In this document: positions 24,101 through 34,900 of the stretch, one piece after another
Layout: the number at the start of each line of letters is the position of its first letter
Position numbering within the stretch: position 1 is the first letter of the stretch
Origin: Thraustochytrium aureum
Lineage: Eukaryota
Length of the DNA: 48,971 nucleotides
Direction of reading: 5' to 3'
Assembly (NCBI GenBank): GCA_012862495.1
Contig: BLSG01000135.1
Coordinates: forward strand, 1 to 48,971
The notes under the pieces: model-generated
The model's input: only the letters and a program-made list of their open reading frames with translations
Databases searched by the model: none
What the model was told of the DNA's origin: nothing
Made by a program: the position numbers and the translations under genes

Positions 24101-24944
24101 AAACCTCTCTGGCCGCTTCGCTGTCGAGCTCGCGGGTGCTAGGGTGATGGCCCCGCCACCGCCACTGCCGCCCCCGCCAGCTCGAGGCCTCCAGAAGAGG
24201 GGCCAACCGCCAAGCTTGAGCGGCCCCAGTAGCACGAGCTTGACAGCAGCAACGTTTGGGCAGGAACCTGTCTGCGACCAGCACGGGGTTGCATGTAAGC
24301 GACTCCGGTGTTCGAAGCAGAATGAGAACGAAGGCAGGGTTTTCTTCAAATGCGGTTTGCCTCAAGACCAGGCGTGCGGGTACTTTAAGTGGGAAGACGA
24401 GGTCGGGAACGCTCTTCGGAGCCGGGACACGGGCCAGCAGCCAAGTCTCGGCCAAGGCGCCTGCTACAAGTGCGGGGAGCCCGGTCACTTTGCGAACGCC
24501 TGCCAGTCGGCGGGACCAGCTGCCAGCCGAAGTCTCAACGCAGTCGGTACTGCGTGTTTCAAGTGTGGTCAGCACGGGCACTTTGCAACCCAGTGCCCAC
24601 TTGGAGGCTCAGACCGAGCGGCCGAGAATTCTATGCGAGACCGCTCTGCGGGGGCCAGCAGCGGCGCATGCTACAAGTGCGGCCAGCCAGGTCACTTTGC
24701 GAGCACGTGTGCGTTTAGTGGTGGAGACGGTGGCTCTCGTGGGCTTGCAAGCGGCCCTAAAGTCGCTTGCTACCAGTGCGGGGGCTCTGGTCATTTCGCG
24801 AGCGTTTGCCCGATGAGCACGTCAGGTGAAAGGGGGGACTCCAACGCACAGCGAGCGCAGTCGCGAAGCGGGGCCGGGTCTTGCTACAAGTGCGGGGAGG
24901 CTGGCCACTTTGCGAACGCTTGCCCGTCAAGATCGCGTGCCTGA
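21186..24944 (+). CDS. TOP3A: DNA topoisomerase III alpha with a Cys4 zinc cluster, one GRF zinc finger and five CCHC zinc knuckles
   Basis: Toprim VLNVAEKPSIAK and WTDNDREGEAIG, SFGPCQFPTLGF, active-site ISYPRTET, GIGTDAT, GRF-type C..H...NEGRVFFKC...CGYFKWED, and five CxxCxxxGHxxxxC motifs. Intact and intronless. Confidence 0.95.
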   Translation: MVTVLNVAEKPSIAKTMASVLSAGASRARPGVSKYNFCYDFRCAFQVAGLFPDGEHEMIVTSVSGHMMGTDFVAGFESWQACAPEELFEAPLQKSVLEGARDIEKTLKREARKAQLLVIWTDNDREGEAIGQEIVETCRTVKANIHVRRARFSVANAANLWQALRSLEHMNDRDIEAVAARNEIDLRLGAVFTRFQSVQLQRSFPEISSVVSFGPCQFPTLGFVVDRAEEIRGFVPEPFWAIHMVYHAPAQEQNGVQGFPERTSAANHRIGTAVRGQEGEACPFEWDRTRLFDHHSSVVLFELCVEAGQAVVTRVDRRPKSKWRPLPLSTVELQVRMSKFFRMNSEVTMATAEKLYQKGFISYPRTETDVFDASFDLRSLVETQRASTTWGQYAAHLLDQDAFQHPRGGRNNDQAHPPIHPTACVNLAQLENDQQRTLYEFVVRHFLACCSQDAMGAETTVFAEMGGEGFHARGLQILARNYLDVYRYERWGQRTLPPFEQGDVFTPSLLELREGITQAPGYLTEVDLIRLMDRHGIGTDATIQDHIKTIQDRRYAIKRNNVFIPEPLGNALILAYKHIGHELAISKPVMRAAMERGFREICQGVSTRQQVVQRTIDVFRQVFLSTRAQANVLCQFVGNNLHGPPPPGAPGPDGDVGGGGPGWHGDGGGGGGGGDGGPGPGGGGGHNAGVPGLGLVDVKERIKSFKCKSKALSTCGLCNKKSMDLRQRSVQGAPGPRGGKTTKQQSILHCTSCDGLFRLPPGKAVATEHVCALCNSQVLQISKEGSGNGYHVCPVCLNAPSHDIEDAAGATRRGVPCFKCSAPNCSLAGGIQGGDEPVMPCRACEGKGSLFLKKGKGGAFLLSCSNYPSCKSGTVWVGAAVAAAALARSACRACRARTLRVTIRPGAVPLGYMAQQELCPNPLCNSNPSEFDDLFRRAGGASRVDASGTMDSLPQAPDARRDDHVRPENATRNLSGRFAVELAGARVMAPPPPLPPPPARGLQKRGQPPSLSGPSSTSLTAATFGQEPVCDQHGVACKRLRCSKQNENEGRVFFKCGLPQDQACGYFKWEDEVGNALRSRDTGQQPSLGQGACYKCGEPGHFANACQSAGPAASRSLNAVGTACFKCGQHGHFATQCPLGGSDRAAENSMRDRSAGASSGACYKCGQPGHFASTCAFSGGDGGSRGLASGPKVACYQCGGSGHFASVCPMSTSGERGDSNAQRAQSRSGAGSCYKCGEAGHFANACPSRSRA

Positions 24945-25395
24945 TTNNNNNNNNNNNNNNNNNNNNNNNNNNNNNNNNNNNNNNNNNNNNNNNNNNNNNN
25001 NNNNNNNNNNNNNNNNNNNNNNNNNNNNNNNNNNNNNNNNNNNNNNNNNNNNNNNNNNNNNNNNNNNNNNNNNNNNNNNNNNNNNNNNNNNNNNNNNNNN
25101 NNNNNNNNNNNNNNNNNNNNNNNNNNNNNNNNNNNNNNNNNNNNNNNNNNNNNNNNNNNNNNNNNNNNNNNNNNNNNNNNNNNNNNNNNNNNNNNNNNNN
25201 NNNNNNNNNNNNNNNNNNNNNNNNNNNNNNNNNNNNNNNNNNNNNNNNNNNNNNNNNNNNNNNNNNNNNNNNNNNNNNNNNNNNNNNNNNNNNNNNCGTC
25301 TTCCGCCTCTTTTAGCGCAGCGAAGCGGCACACCAACCGCATCTACAGAAAAGAAAAAAAGCGCAGACTTCCTCTGTTTGTTTCCAGTTGCCCAT

Positions 25396-25500
25396 CAACA
25401 GGTTGCTTGGTGCAACTCTCTCGATCCGCGGGTGATCGATCGTCAACAACAGGTTGCTTGGTGCAACTCTCTCGATCCGCGGGTGATCGATCGTCAACAA
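25396..25500. repeat. Perfect 51-bp tandem duplication
   Basis: CAACAGGTTGCTTGGTGCAACTCTCTCGATCCGCGGGTGATCGATCGTCAA at 25396 and 25447. Confidence 0.95.
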
Positions 25501-26330
25501 GTTTGTCACGGACGTTTCGTGTCAACATCGCACGGCCAATCATTCTCCGCCAGGCTCTTCGTTGTCAGTCCGGTTCCAATTTGGTGGTCTGGGGACTCTT
25601 CAGCACGCGGCCTCCATCGCGCGCAGCGATGTGTGGTCACTGGCGGCCTTGGAAGGCAGCCGAATTCTTTCACTTTTGCAGTAACACCATGGGGCATTTC
25701 AAGAACGCGTCAGTGACTTTTTGGTCCTCAATCCAGTTCCCACAGGACTGGTCTACTAGTCGGGGCTCTTCAACACGCGGTCTCTGTCGCGCGGAGAGAA
25801 GTCCCGTCTCAGGCTGCCTAAGGAGACGGCCTGATCTCCTTTGGAAGCCTTAAACCCAGTACCACCATGGATGGATGGATCATCAAGCGCCTGGCCAATC
25901 ATCAATACGAAAGCCCTAGGTGCACCTGATTGCATCTGCTTGCAAGACCTCCCGCGCAACCGCTCGAGACGGCTTTGGCGATGCGGGCGTTCAAGATGAG
26001 GTTCAATCAAGGATGTGGTGTTCGGCAGCGGCAAGCAAGTGGTTGCACTTGCTACCACCCACAACGTTGTGGTTCCGTTTTGCCAGTGGTCGGTGGCGCA
26101 GCGGGGCACACCATTCTTCGGACCTTGTTCAAGACAAGCGAAGCCAAGCCAAGCCAGACGGACCAGACCAATTCCGGTTGTTGCATGGCGTCCCTGGAAT
26201 TTAGTTGACTTTTGGCTAATTAATCGCTCGCTGTTGGTTTCCTCTCGCCGGCTCTGCAACGAGGGCGCGAAGAAGGCCGAGCTATTCAAGCTAGCCTCGC
26301 CGCCATCGGGCAACGATCCCGAAATGAACG

Positions 26331-26849
26331 TTACTCGTCCTTGCCCGTGCTCCGAGGGTACGACCGCATGTTGAGGAGAAGGGTTGTGGGGATCACGCAG
26401 ACCGCGGCGAGCATGGCCTTTTGCTTGGGTGTGGGCTTGGCCGTTTTGCGAAACTCAAACCAGAAGAATACAAGCTCGTACAGGTGGATGAGCAGCGCTA
26501 GCTTGAGCACACCGGCGCTCTTTGTGGCAAACGTCGCATACCTCGTCGTCCCGAGGACCAAGGTGATCAAGACCCAGGATCGCCGGTACGCGGCATTTCC
26601 GCCCGCAAGAGACCCGTCCAAGAAGGGCTGAAACTCGACATTCGCCTCAGACCCAAGCGTAAGTCGACTTGGGACAAACGCCGCAGAGGAGGCGCGCAGA
26701 ACATGCCGGGTCGGTGCAGGTCAGCCAGCAGCTCGCCCAACAACTCGCCAAGCAAACCAAGCCAAGCATACTCACAGCGCCTGGAGAAACTCAAAGTACG
26801 CGCCGTACTTGAGAAGCTTGTCAACGAATCCGAGCTTGTCTTGCGCCAT
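26331..26849 (-). CDS. Small (~136 aa) multi-pass membrane protein, possibly Erg28-like; one intron
   Basis: Exon 26849-26776 (MAQDKLGFVDKLLKYGAYFEFLQAL), intron 26775-26668 (GTGAGT...AAG), then RLTLGSEANVEFQPFLDG...RRSWVLITLVLGTTRY...IHLYELVFFWFEF. About 4 hydrophobic segments. The family call is tentative. Confidence 0.55.
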
Positions 26850-27120
26850 TTCCTGAGCGCTAGGTGTCCTTCCGCCCGTGCGCCTTCGAGCGCCTCGCCC
26901 TCTGTCTCGCTGCGGCCTGCGCTAGCGCTCGCTGCCTGGCTGCTCTCTGGCGCTGCTGGCCGAGCGGCGCTGCTGGTTCTGGCGCTCCTGCTCCTCCTCG
27001 TGCCTTTGCTCGGCGCTGGACTGCTGCGTGCCGAGCGAGGCCTGCTGCTCGGGCGCACCGCATCACTCTCGAGCTCATCAGGTGAAAAATCGGACGGACA
27101 GACTCGGCTTGTGCGCGCAA

Positions 27121-27198
27121 GGCCTGCCGCAGTGGAGACCAACCCTGGCCGCTGGAGGGGGCCTGCCGCAGTGGAGACCAACCCTGGCCGCTGGAGGG
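27121..27198. repeat. 39-bp tandem duplication upstream of the kinase
   Basis: GGCCTGCCGCAGTGGAGACCAACCCTGGCCGCTGGAGGG x2. Confidence 0.95.
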
Positions 27199-27267
27199 CA
27201 GCTCCTCTTTCCCGCAGGTGCCGCGACGAAGGGCGCGAACGCGTGAGCTGCTTGGTGCGCGCCGAAC

Positions 27268-28335
27268 ATGTTGCGTGAGCTCTGCGCCATGCTTTTGGAG
27301 GCAGCCAGAGCCCGGGTGCTGCTGCTGTGCGGGCAGAGCTTTACGATCGGTGGCGAGCGGCTCCGCATCGTCAGGGTCTTGGCCGAGGGCGGCTTCGGGA
27401 CAGTGTTCTTGGTCAGAGGGCGCGATCCGGCGAACCGTGGTGCCCCGCCAATCGTCTTGGCGGTCAAACGCCTCCTCGCCCAGTCCCAGGAACAGCTTCG
27501 TGAGGCGCAGTGGGAGATCCGAGTGCACAGGCTCGTCGGCAATGGCAACGCCAACCTGATCCCCCTCTTGGCCTCCGAGATTAGCCCCGCAACGCGCTCG
27601 CGCACGGGGTCTCAGCAAGTCCTGCTCCTCTACCCCATGTATACGGGCGGGAGCCTGGTCGACTTTCTCCAAGCGCGCGCGCGCCAAGGAAGCCAACTCA
27701 CAGAGAGAGAGCTCATCGATCTCTTTCTCCAAGTTTGCCACGGACTAACAGCGTTCCACGGTCTCGACCCCCCGCTCGCCCATCGCGATGTTAAGCCCCA
27801 CAATGTGCTTCTGGGCCCGGACAGGCGCACAGCCATCCTAATAGACTTTGGCAGCGCGGCCCTGGCCCGACCGGACGTTTCCAGTCGCCGCGCGCGAATG
27901 GAGCTCGCCGAGCACGCTTCCAAAACGTGCTCCATGGCATACCGCGCCCCAGAGCTTTGGGACCCGGCGGAGGGCGACGTCGTTGACGAGCGGACCGACG
28001 TGTGGAGTCTTGGGTGCCTGCTCTTTTCGATGGCGTTTGGCCAAGGATACTCTCCCTTTGAATGCAAGTTTGGTGGTACGTCCAGGACAGACGTGGTGGA
28101 CCCCTTTGGGCGCACAAGTGCAGTTGAAGGCGTGCTCCCAGAAGCCCGCCCGCGGGATTGCACGTACCTTGCCGTTATTGGCGCGATTCCGATTCCACCG
28201 GCCCATGCTCGCTCTGATGCTATCACAGACCTTATCCGCTGGATGCTCGCAGTTGAGGTTTCGCAGCGGCCGACGCTTGACGAGGTTATTGCGCGCACAA
28301 AGGATGTGAAGGAGCAACGTATCGGCCTATTTTAG
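27268..28335 (+). CDS. NAK-family Ser/Thr kinase, STK16/Env7-like
   Basis: LAEGGFGTVF, AVKR, AHRDVKPHNVLL, DFGSA, CSMAYRAPEL and DERTDVWSLGC; 355 aa, kinase domain only. Confidence 0.9.
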   Translation: MLRELCAMLLEAARARVLLLCGQSFTIGGERLRIVRVLAEGGFGTVFLVRGRDPANRGAPPIVLAVKRLLAQSQEQLREAQWEIRVHRLVGNGNANLIPLLASEISPATRSRTGSQQVLLLYPMYTGGSLVDFLQARARQGSQLTERELIDLFLQVCHGLTAFHGLDPPLAHRDVKPHNVLLGPDRRTAILIDFGSAALARPDVSSRRARMELAEHASKTCSMAYRAPELWDPAEGDVVDERTDVWSLGCLLFSMAFGQGYSPFECKFGGTSRTDVVDPFGRTSAVEGVLPEARPRDCTYLAVIGAIPIPPAHARSDAITDLIRWMLAVEVSQRPTLDEVIARTKDVKEQRIGLF

Positions 28336-28524
28336 TTCAGGAGAAGCGGAAGGCGCGGCAGGGCGGGCAGAGAGTTTGGCCAAAGCGCCGGATCGTAGCC
28401 GCCTGTGTTGCAAGTCTGGCCTCGCCCGCCTCGCATCGCCGATGGTCAAGTCGTGTCCCGTTTCGATCGCTTTTTTAATTTTGCTCGGGTTGTGTGTGGT
28501 GTGGGAGACTCCCGTTCTTCAAGC

Positions 28525-29239
28525 TCACGCGCAAGATGCAGCCTTGTTTACTGCCGTGGCCATCGCGGTACCGACGATCCGGATGAGTATGTCGTCAACG
28601 GTAATCTGAACCGACTTGAGAGAGCTCCAGAGCCTGGCCATAGGGCCGCTGGCCTGAGCCAGCTCAGACTCGAGCGCGACTTTATCTGATTCGCTGAGCT
28701 GCATTCCCCAAGCCTCACAAGGCTCGTACTCCGTCAGACCTTGAACGTGGTCGAGAGGACGCGGGGCCATAGCAAACTCGAACTCACCGTTGATGCGCGC
28801 GAGACCTCGAGCTTTGTGCCCTGCACGCGCCTTTGACTCTCGCGAATCCGCTCTCGCAAGGCCCCGATGGCGGCGAGCTCATCGGAGATGCGCGCTTCAA
28901 CCGTTTTTGCGCGATCGCTCGCGACGCGTGCGGCCTGGATCGCACTGCTTGCGTCCGCGATGCAACTTTCGTTGGCGAATTCCTGCAGGCAAGCTTGGGC
29001 CCACTCGGACTTTCTTGCCGCTGTTGCGGCTGCACTGGGTGTTAATCGACTCGACGTCTCGCGCCTATCCTGCCAGCAAAAGCACTTGCGTCAACTTGCC
29101 TTCACCATACGCAGTGTTCACGGCGATTTGGTGTCGCGCGAAAAGAGCCTTCAGTTTTTTGCCTTCCTTTTGTTCTCGAGTAGCCACGATCTGTGCCAGC
29201 ACCTGCTGCATTGCCGAGCCGTCGTCGTCGTCGTCGTCA

Positions 29240-29270
<31 letters not shown>

Positions 29271-29757
29271 GCCCCTCCTCTGCGCCTTCGTCCTCGTCGC
29301 CTTTGTAGCATATTCGCGCTTTGGAGGGCTCCTTGCGCGGGCCCACCCCATGCTTCAGCGAAAGGCTGCCCTTGCCATTCGAACTGGTGTCAGGCTTTCC
29401 TTTTCGATCCCCGATCGCCCGCCCATTGGATCCAGCAGTGCTAGCGGCGTCGTCGTCACTGCTCTGCGAATCGGCTCCGTTCTCTCTGTCACTGGAAACG
29501 GCGCTCTGTTGGCCAGCGATCGGTTTCGCTGCCTTGCCTTGCCTTGACTTGGTTTTGGTCGTTCCTAGTCGAGACCGCGATGCGCGAGAGACGCAGCGTT
29601 CTTTCGGCTCGGCCGCGGCGCCGACTTTAACGTTGCGGGCGGTACCCGCAGAAGCCTCGGCCACAGCCTGGGCGCGGCGCTTTTTGGTTTTCTGATGCAC
29701 GCCGCCGTGTGCGGCCTCGTTCCGCCGCCGCTTGCCACCGCCTGCAGTTGCACCCAT
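28525..29757 (-). CDS. Hypothetical protein (basic NLS-like N-terminus, poly-D/E tract, coiled-coil C-terminus), 3 exons
   Basis: Phase-compatible model: exon 29757-29111, intron 29110-29035 (GTATGG...CAG), exon 29034-28788, intron 28787-28699 (GTGAGT...CAG), exon 28698-28525. Confidence 0.5.
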
Positions 29758-29789
29758 CGCGGCAGGCAGCCGGGCCGGCCCAGTCAACA

Positions 29790-29844
29790 GGCAAGAGCGA
29801 ACGGGCAAGAGCGAACGGGCAAGAGCGAACGGGCAAGCGAACGG
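29790..29844. repeat. 14-bp tandem repeat GGCAAGAGCGAACG running into an assembly gap
   Basis: Three full copies plus a partial one; CGAACGG reappears at 30202 after the gap. Confidence 0.85.
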
Positions 29845-30281
29845 NNNNNNNNNNNNNNNNNNNNNNNNNNNNNNNNNNNNNNNNNNNNNNNNNNNNNNNN
29901 NNNNNNNNNNNNNNNNNNNNNNNNNNNNNNNNNNNNNNNNNNNNNNNNNNNNNNNNNNNNNNNNNNNNNNNNNNNNNNNNNNNNNNNNNNNNNNNNNNNN
30001 NNNNNNNNNNNNNNNNNNNNNNNNNNNNNNNNNNNNNNNNNNNNNNNNNNNNNNNNNNNNNNNNNNNNNNNNNNNNNNNNNNNNNNNNNNNNNNNNNNNN
30101 NNNNNNNNNNNNNNNNNNNNNNNNNNNNNNNNNNNNNNNNNNNNNNNNNNNNNNNNNNNNNNNNNNNNNNNNNNNNNNNNNNNNNNNNNNNNNNNNNNNN
30201 NCGAACGGGGAGGAGCGCAGGCGTCCCTTGAGGTGGGCGGAGCGCGCGTCAGGGCCGACCGCACGGAGTTGTGGAGCGAGG

Positions 30282-31716
30282 ATGCGGGCCGCACAGCGGC
30301 ATGCTCGTGCTGCGGCGCGCCACCGCGGCGGTTTCCTCGTGACGACCAGGTCGCTCTCGCAGCTGCAGGGGGTGCTGGAGAAGCAGCTCGAAGAGATTCA
30401 CGCCGCAGGGACCTTTAAGAAAGAGCGCGTGCTCACGGGGCCGCAGGAGAGCGCTGTTTCCGTTGCCGGGCTGGACGGGAAGGTGCTCAACTTCTGCGCC
30501 AACAATTACCTGGGCCTCTCCGACGACCCAGAAATCGTTCAAGCTGCAAAGGACACGATGGACAAGTTTGGCTTTGGGCTGTCCTCGGTACGCTTCATCT
30601 GCGGTACCCAATCGATTCACAAGGAGCTGGAGGCGAAGATTGCTCGCTTCCACGACACGGACGACACGATCTTGTTCCCCTCGTGCTTCGACGCGAACGC
30701 TGGCCTTTTCGAGGCAATCCTTGGTCCCGAAGATGCGATCATCAGCGACGCGCTAAACCATGCTTCAATCATTGACGGAATTCGTCTTTGCAAGGCCCGC
30801 CGCTTCCGGTACAAACACATGGACATGGTGGACCTTGAGGCGCAGCTTGAGGCTGCCAAGGATGCTCGTGTCCGCCTCATTGCCACGGACGGCGTCTTCT
30901 CCAGTACGTTTCAACCGCTTGCCCGCTACTTTGCCGCAAACACTTTCGTTTTACGCTCTGACTTGTCAAACTCCGTTTGCCGAAAACGCAGTGGACGGGG
31001 ACGTGGCCCCTCTGCGCGAGATCTGCGACCTCGCCGAAAAACACGACGCTTTGGTCTTCATTGACGAGTGCCACGCCACCGGTTCTTTGGAGCGTCTGGC
31101 CGAGGAACTATCGAACACTGCGACGTGCATGGGCGGGTTGCCATCATCAACTCGACGCTTGGGAAGGCTCTGGGAGGGGCAACAGGGGGTTACTGTACTG
31201 GCATGCAGTCGGTGGTGGACATCATGCGGCAGAAGGCACGCCCGTACTTGTTCTCCAACTCTGTTGCTCCGGCTGTGGTTGGCGCGTCCCTTCGCGTATT
31301 CGACCTGTTGATGGAGCCGAACAACACTTACGTTGAGCGTGTACGGGCCAACACGCATCTTTTCCGATCGAGGATGGGCGAGGCTGGATTTCAGCTTTCG
31401 GGCGAGTTTGATCACCCGATAGTACCTGTCATGCTCGGCGACGCCCGCCTTGCCTCTGACCTTGCAGACGATTTGCTTGAGCGCGGCATCTACGTGATTG
31501 GGTTTTCCTTCCCCGTGTAAGTCAGAAGCGCTTGCGAATCGTTGTTTGGCGATGTGATTCCCCACACAGCCCTAATAACATTTACGACCTTGGATCAGGG
31601 TGCCGATTGGAGCAGCACGCATCCGAACTCAAATCTCCGCGGCTCACACAGAAGATGAGATAAACTTTTGCGTGGATGCTTTCGTCGCAGCAGGCAAGGC
31701 TCGCGGCGTGATCTGA
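30282..31716 (+). CDS. GCAT: 2-amino-3-ketobutyrate CoA ligase (glycine C-acetyltransferase), mitochondrial, 2 introns
   Basis: Arg/Ala-rich transit peptide, [35 protein letters not shown] and the PLP-lysine motif STLGKALGG. Introns 30904-30991 (DGVFSM/DGD) and 31517-31598 (FPV/VP). One missing T at ~31083. Confidence 0.95.
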
Positions 31717-31947
31717 CGCACTTGCGAACGATTGGGCATTCTTTCTCAACTAGCTAGAGCTAGAGGTCTTACGAAACTCCACGAAGAGCCGAAAGCGGAT
31801 CTCTTGCTCTCAACGTTTCGGGCACGATTGGTTTGGCCCAGCTGCTTTGATTGGATTTGATTTTTAAAATTAAGTTCAAGTGATCCGATCGGCGTCGTGC
31901 AACCAGAGTATGACAGGTAAGCTGGCGTGCACTGCGTTGCTCGATGA

Positions 31948-34900
31948 TCACGCGGACAGAGACGTCGCTAGCAGTGTGCGGAGCTTGCTCATACTCTGGC
32001 TTGTAGCCGCCTTGCGACTCTTGATGACGGCGACAGCTTGTTTGCCACTGCGTGAGGCTTTCTCCAATGCTCGCCCGGCGGCCTTGACGGCATCTTGGAT
32101 CCAGGACTCTGCGGCTTGGTTTGACTTGCTCAAGCGTCGCTGGGCTTCGCGAACTGCCTCTGATGCCAGCCGCTCCACGCGCTCCGCGGCGAGCCCGTCG
32201 TGCTCAAGGAGAAGGACACTGAGATTCCGTTTCCTGGTGTCCAGCTCAGCAACGAGCGACTGCAGCTCCGACATNNNNNNNNNNNNNNNNNNNNNNNNNN
32301 NNNNNNNNNNNNNNNNNNNNNNNNNNNNNNNNNNNNNNNNNNNNNNNNNNNNNNNNNNNNNNNNNNNNNNNNNNNNNNNNNNNNNNNNNNNNNNNNNNNN
32401 NNNNNNNNNNNNNNNNNNNNNNNNNNNNNNNNNNNNNNNNNNNNNNNNNNNNNNNNNNNNNNNNNNNNNNNNNNNNNNNNNNNNNNNNNNNNNNNNNNNN
32501 NNNNNNNNNNNNNNNNNNNNNNNNNNNNNNNNNNNNNNNNNNNNNNNNNNNNNNNNNNNNNNNNNNNNNNNNNNNNNNNNNNNNNNNNNNNNNNNNNNNN
32601 NNNNNNNNNNNNNNNNNNNNNNNNNNNNNNNNNNNNNNNNNNNNNNNNNNNNNNNNNNNNNNNNNNNNNNNNNNNNNNNNNNNNNNNNNNNNNNNNNNNN
32701 NNNNNNNNNNNNNNNNNNNNNNNGCTCTGGCCTCGACAAGCTCTTGGGCCGCTTGCTTGGCTCGAGCACCGAACCTTGCTGCTGCCTGGTCCAATATCGC
32801 CCGTGCAACTTGCGGCCCCGCCCGCGCAGGCGCAGCACCGCCTCCGGTGTCGAGGAGTGGGTCTGCGTAAGTGCAATGCGGAAGTGCGCCTGATGATCGC
32901 GAACGCGAGGGCGGCAGTAGGGCGCTTGGAGAGCTGGCATGAGCGAAACCATTCGTGTGAGACGCCTCCTCGTCCGCGACTCGATCAGTGACGTGCGATT
33001 CTCTTGACGCTGGCACGGGAGCTGGCGCGGCAGCCTTCGGCGGATCGCTGCTGAGGCGGGCTTCGAGAGCAACTTGCGAGCGAGCAAGGCGCTCCTCGAG
33101 GGCTTCCTGTGACTTTGCAAGGCGCTCAACGAGTTCGAGCGCCGCCTTTGACTCTGCCGTCGACGCGGCGTGGGCTCGCGTCGCGGAGAGGCGGTTTTCC
33201 TCGAGGGCCTTCTGCAGTGCTTGCTCGACGTCAAGCTTGTGCTGAAGGAGCACCGCGGATTGGCTGGCTGCTTGAGCCTGCGCTGTATCCCTAGCTTCTT
33301 GAGCGGACTGCGCTGCACGGCTCGCTTGATCCAGAACCGTCCTCGCAAACCGCTCGTGCTGCGCCTGCAGCTTGCCGATAAGCGCAGAAACTGCGTGCGG
33401 GATGAGCTCGACGCCGACGTGGGCAAGTGCGTGGGCTGAATCCAATGGCTGAGTATCGTCTGCAGGGAATTCCTCGCCGGCATCTGGTCCCGGTTGCTCG
33501 CTCGTTGCAATAGGCGTGAGAGGGTGCTCCTCCACGACCTTGGCACCCGCACTGCGCTCGCCGTTTCCTGGCGTTACCGGTAACGTCGCACGGCCCTTCT
33601 TGGCAGCCATGGGCGTTTTTTCCGTGGCCGGTGCAGCGTCCTCGTCGATCGAGGCGACAGGAGGCTCGGCATAAAGTCCTCTCTGCGCCTTTGGCTTGAC
33701 TGGTTGCGAAGACGCCGCGACAATTGCCTCGACGAGCTTGGCCTTGGACCAGCGCGGCCGTGACCCAGCTTCGTTCCACATCGTAGTGTCAGTGCGTGTG
33801 AAGAACTGTGTGTAGACTGTCGGGGCCTGCGTTCGCGCAAGACGTTCGAGCTCGCGCACGGTTTTCCCAAGCAGCGAGCCCGCCGTGATGGCGGGTCGAA
33901 GAGGCAGCGCGGAGTGGGCTTCTCCTCGAGACACTGGCGTCGTGGCCACTTTGAGGGCCAATTGCGTGTGCCGAGCAGAAGGAGGCGAGGGAATGCGGGC
34001 TGTTTCGGGGGACTTGGAGCTTGCTTTCTCTGGCGAGCGGTTCCTGGCAGGCTCTGGGGTGGTGTAGCCCGCGCGCCTGTTTTGCGCCTCTGCAACGTCG
34101 CGCACCGGTTGGGTCGTCGCCGCCTTGTCGTTTGCCTGAGGCGCCAGGCCCGATTTCGCTCTCGGCGTTTTGGTCGCCCTCGGTAGGTTCTTGAGCGTCT
34201 CGCACGTGGAGCGTGGAGCTGAGGTTGCGTTCGCTCGAATGGGTTTGCAGCACATTGAGAAGCGCTGTACACCGGCTTGGTTGCCACGAGGGATACTCGG
34301 CCCCAAGCCCGGCTCGCCAACCACGGCTTTGAACGCTTCAAGAACGCTCTCACATGTGGCAACGGGTGGGACCAGGACTAGGCGCAGCATCGCTGTCGGC
34401 CTTGGCTGTGCCAAGAAGGAGGCGGCCTCGGGGGAAGTCGCAGCCACGGCGTCTTGCGCCTGCGGATTCAGAGATAAAGCCACGACGCAGCGACCGCCAG
34501 GAGCCGCAATCACACTGATGCACCTCGTTGTCGCAAAAGGCAAGGAAACCAGGTGTCTGCTGCCGAGGAGGGTGGAGTAGCCAGTTCTGTTGAGGTCGAG
34601 GCGAAGGTACGGANNNNNNNNNNNNNNNNNNNNNNNNNNNNNNNNNNNNNNNNNNNNNNNNNNNNNNNNNNNNNNNNNNNNNNNNNNNNNNNNNNNNNNN
34701 NNNNNNNNNNNNNNNNNNNNNNNNNNNNNNNNNNNNNNNNNNNNNNNNNNNNNNNNNNNNNNNNNNNNNNNNNNNNNNNNNNNNNNNNNNNNNNNNNNNN
34801 NNNNNNNNNNNNNNNNNNNNNNNNNNNAGAACGCCGGGGCTGGCCTCCACAACACTGCGTGCAGCGTGAACGACTTGAAGGGCAGCAAGTGGAAGTTCGC

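Noticed and set aside
24460..24930. Retrotransposon gag suggested by the CCHC knuckles
   Set aside because: The knuckles are in frame with TOP3A, and no protease, RT, integrase or LTRs are visible.
29035..29099. GC-AG intron (AAG/GCAAGT donor on the minus strand)
   Set aside because: It leads into a less plausible frame. The GT donor at 29110 gives phase-compatible splicing through both downstream exons.
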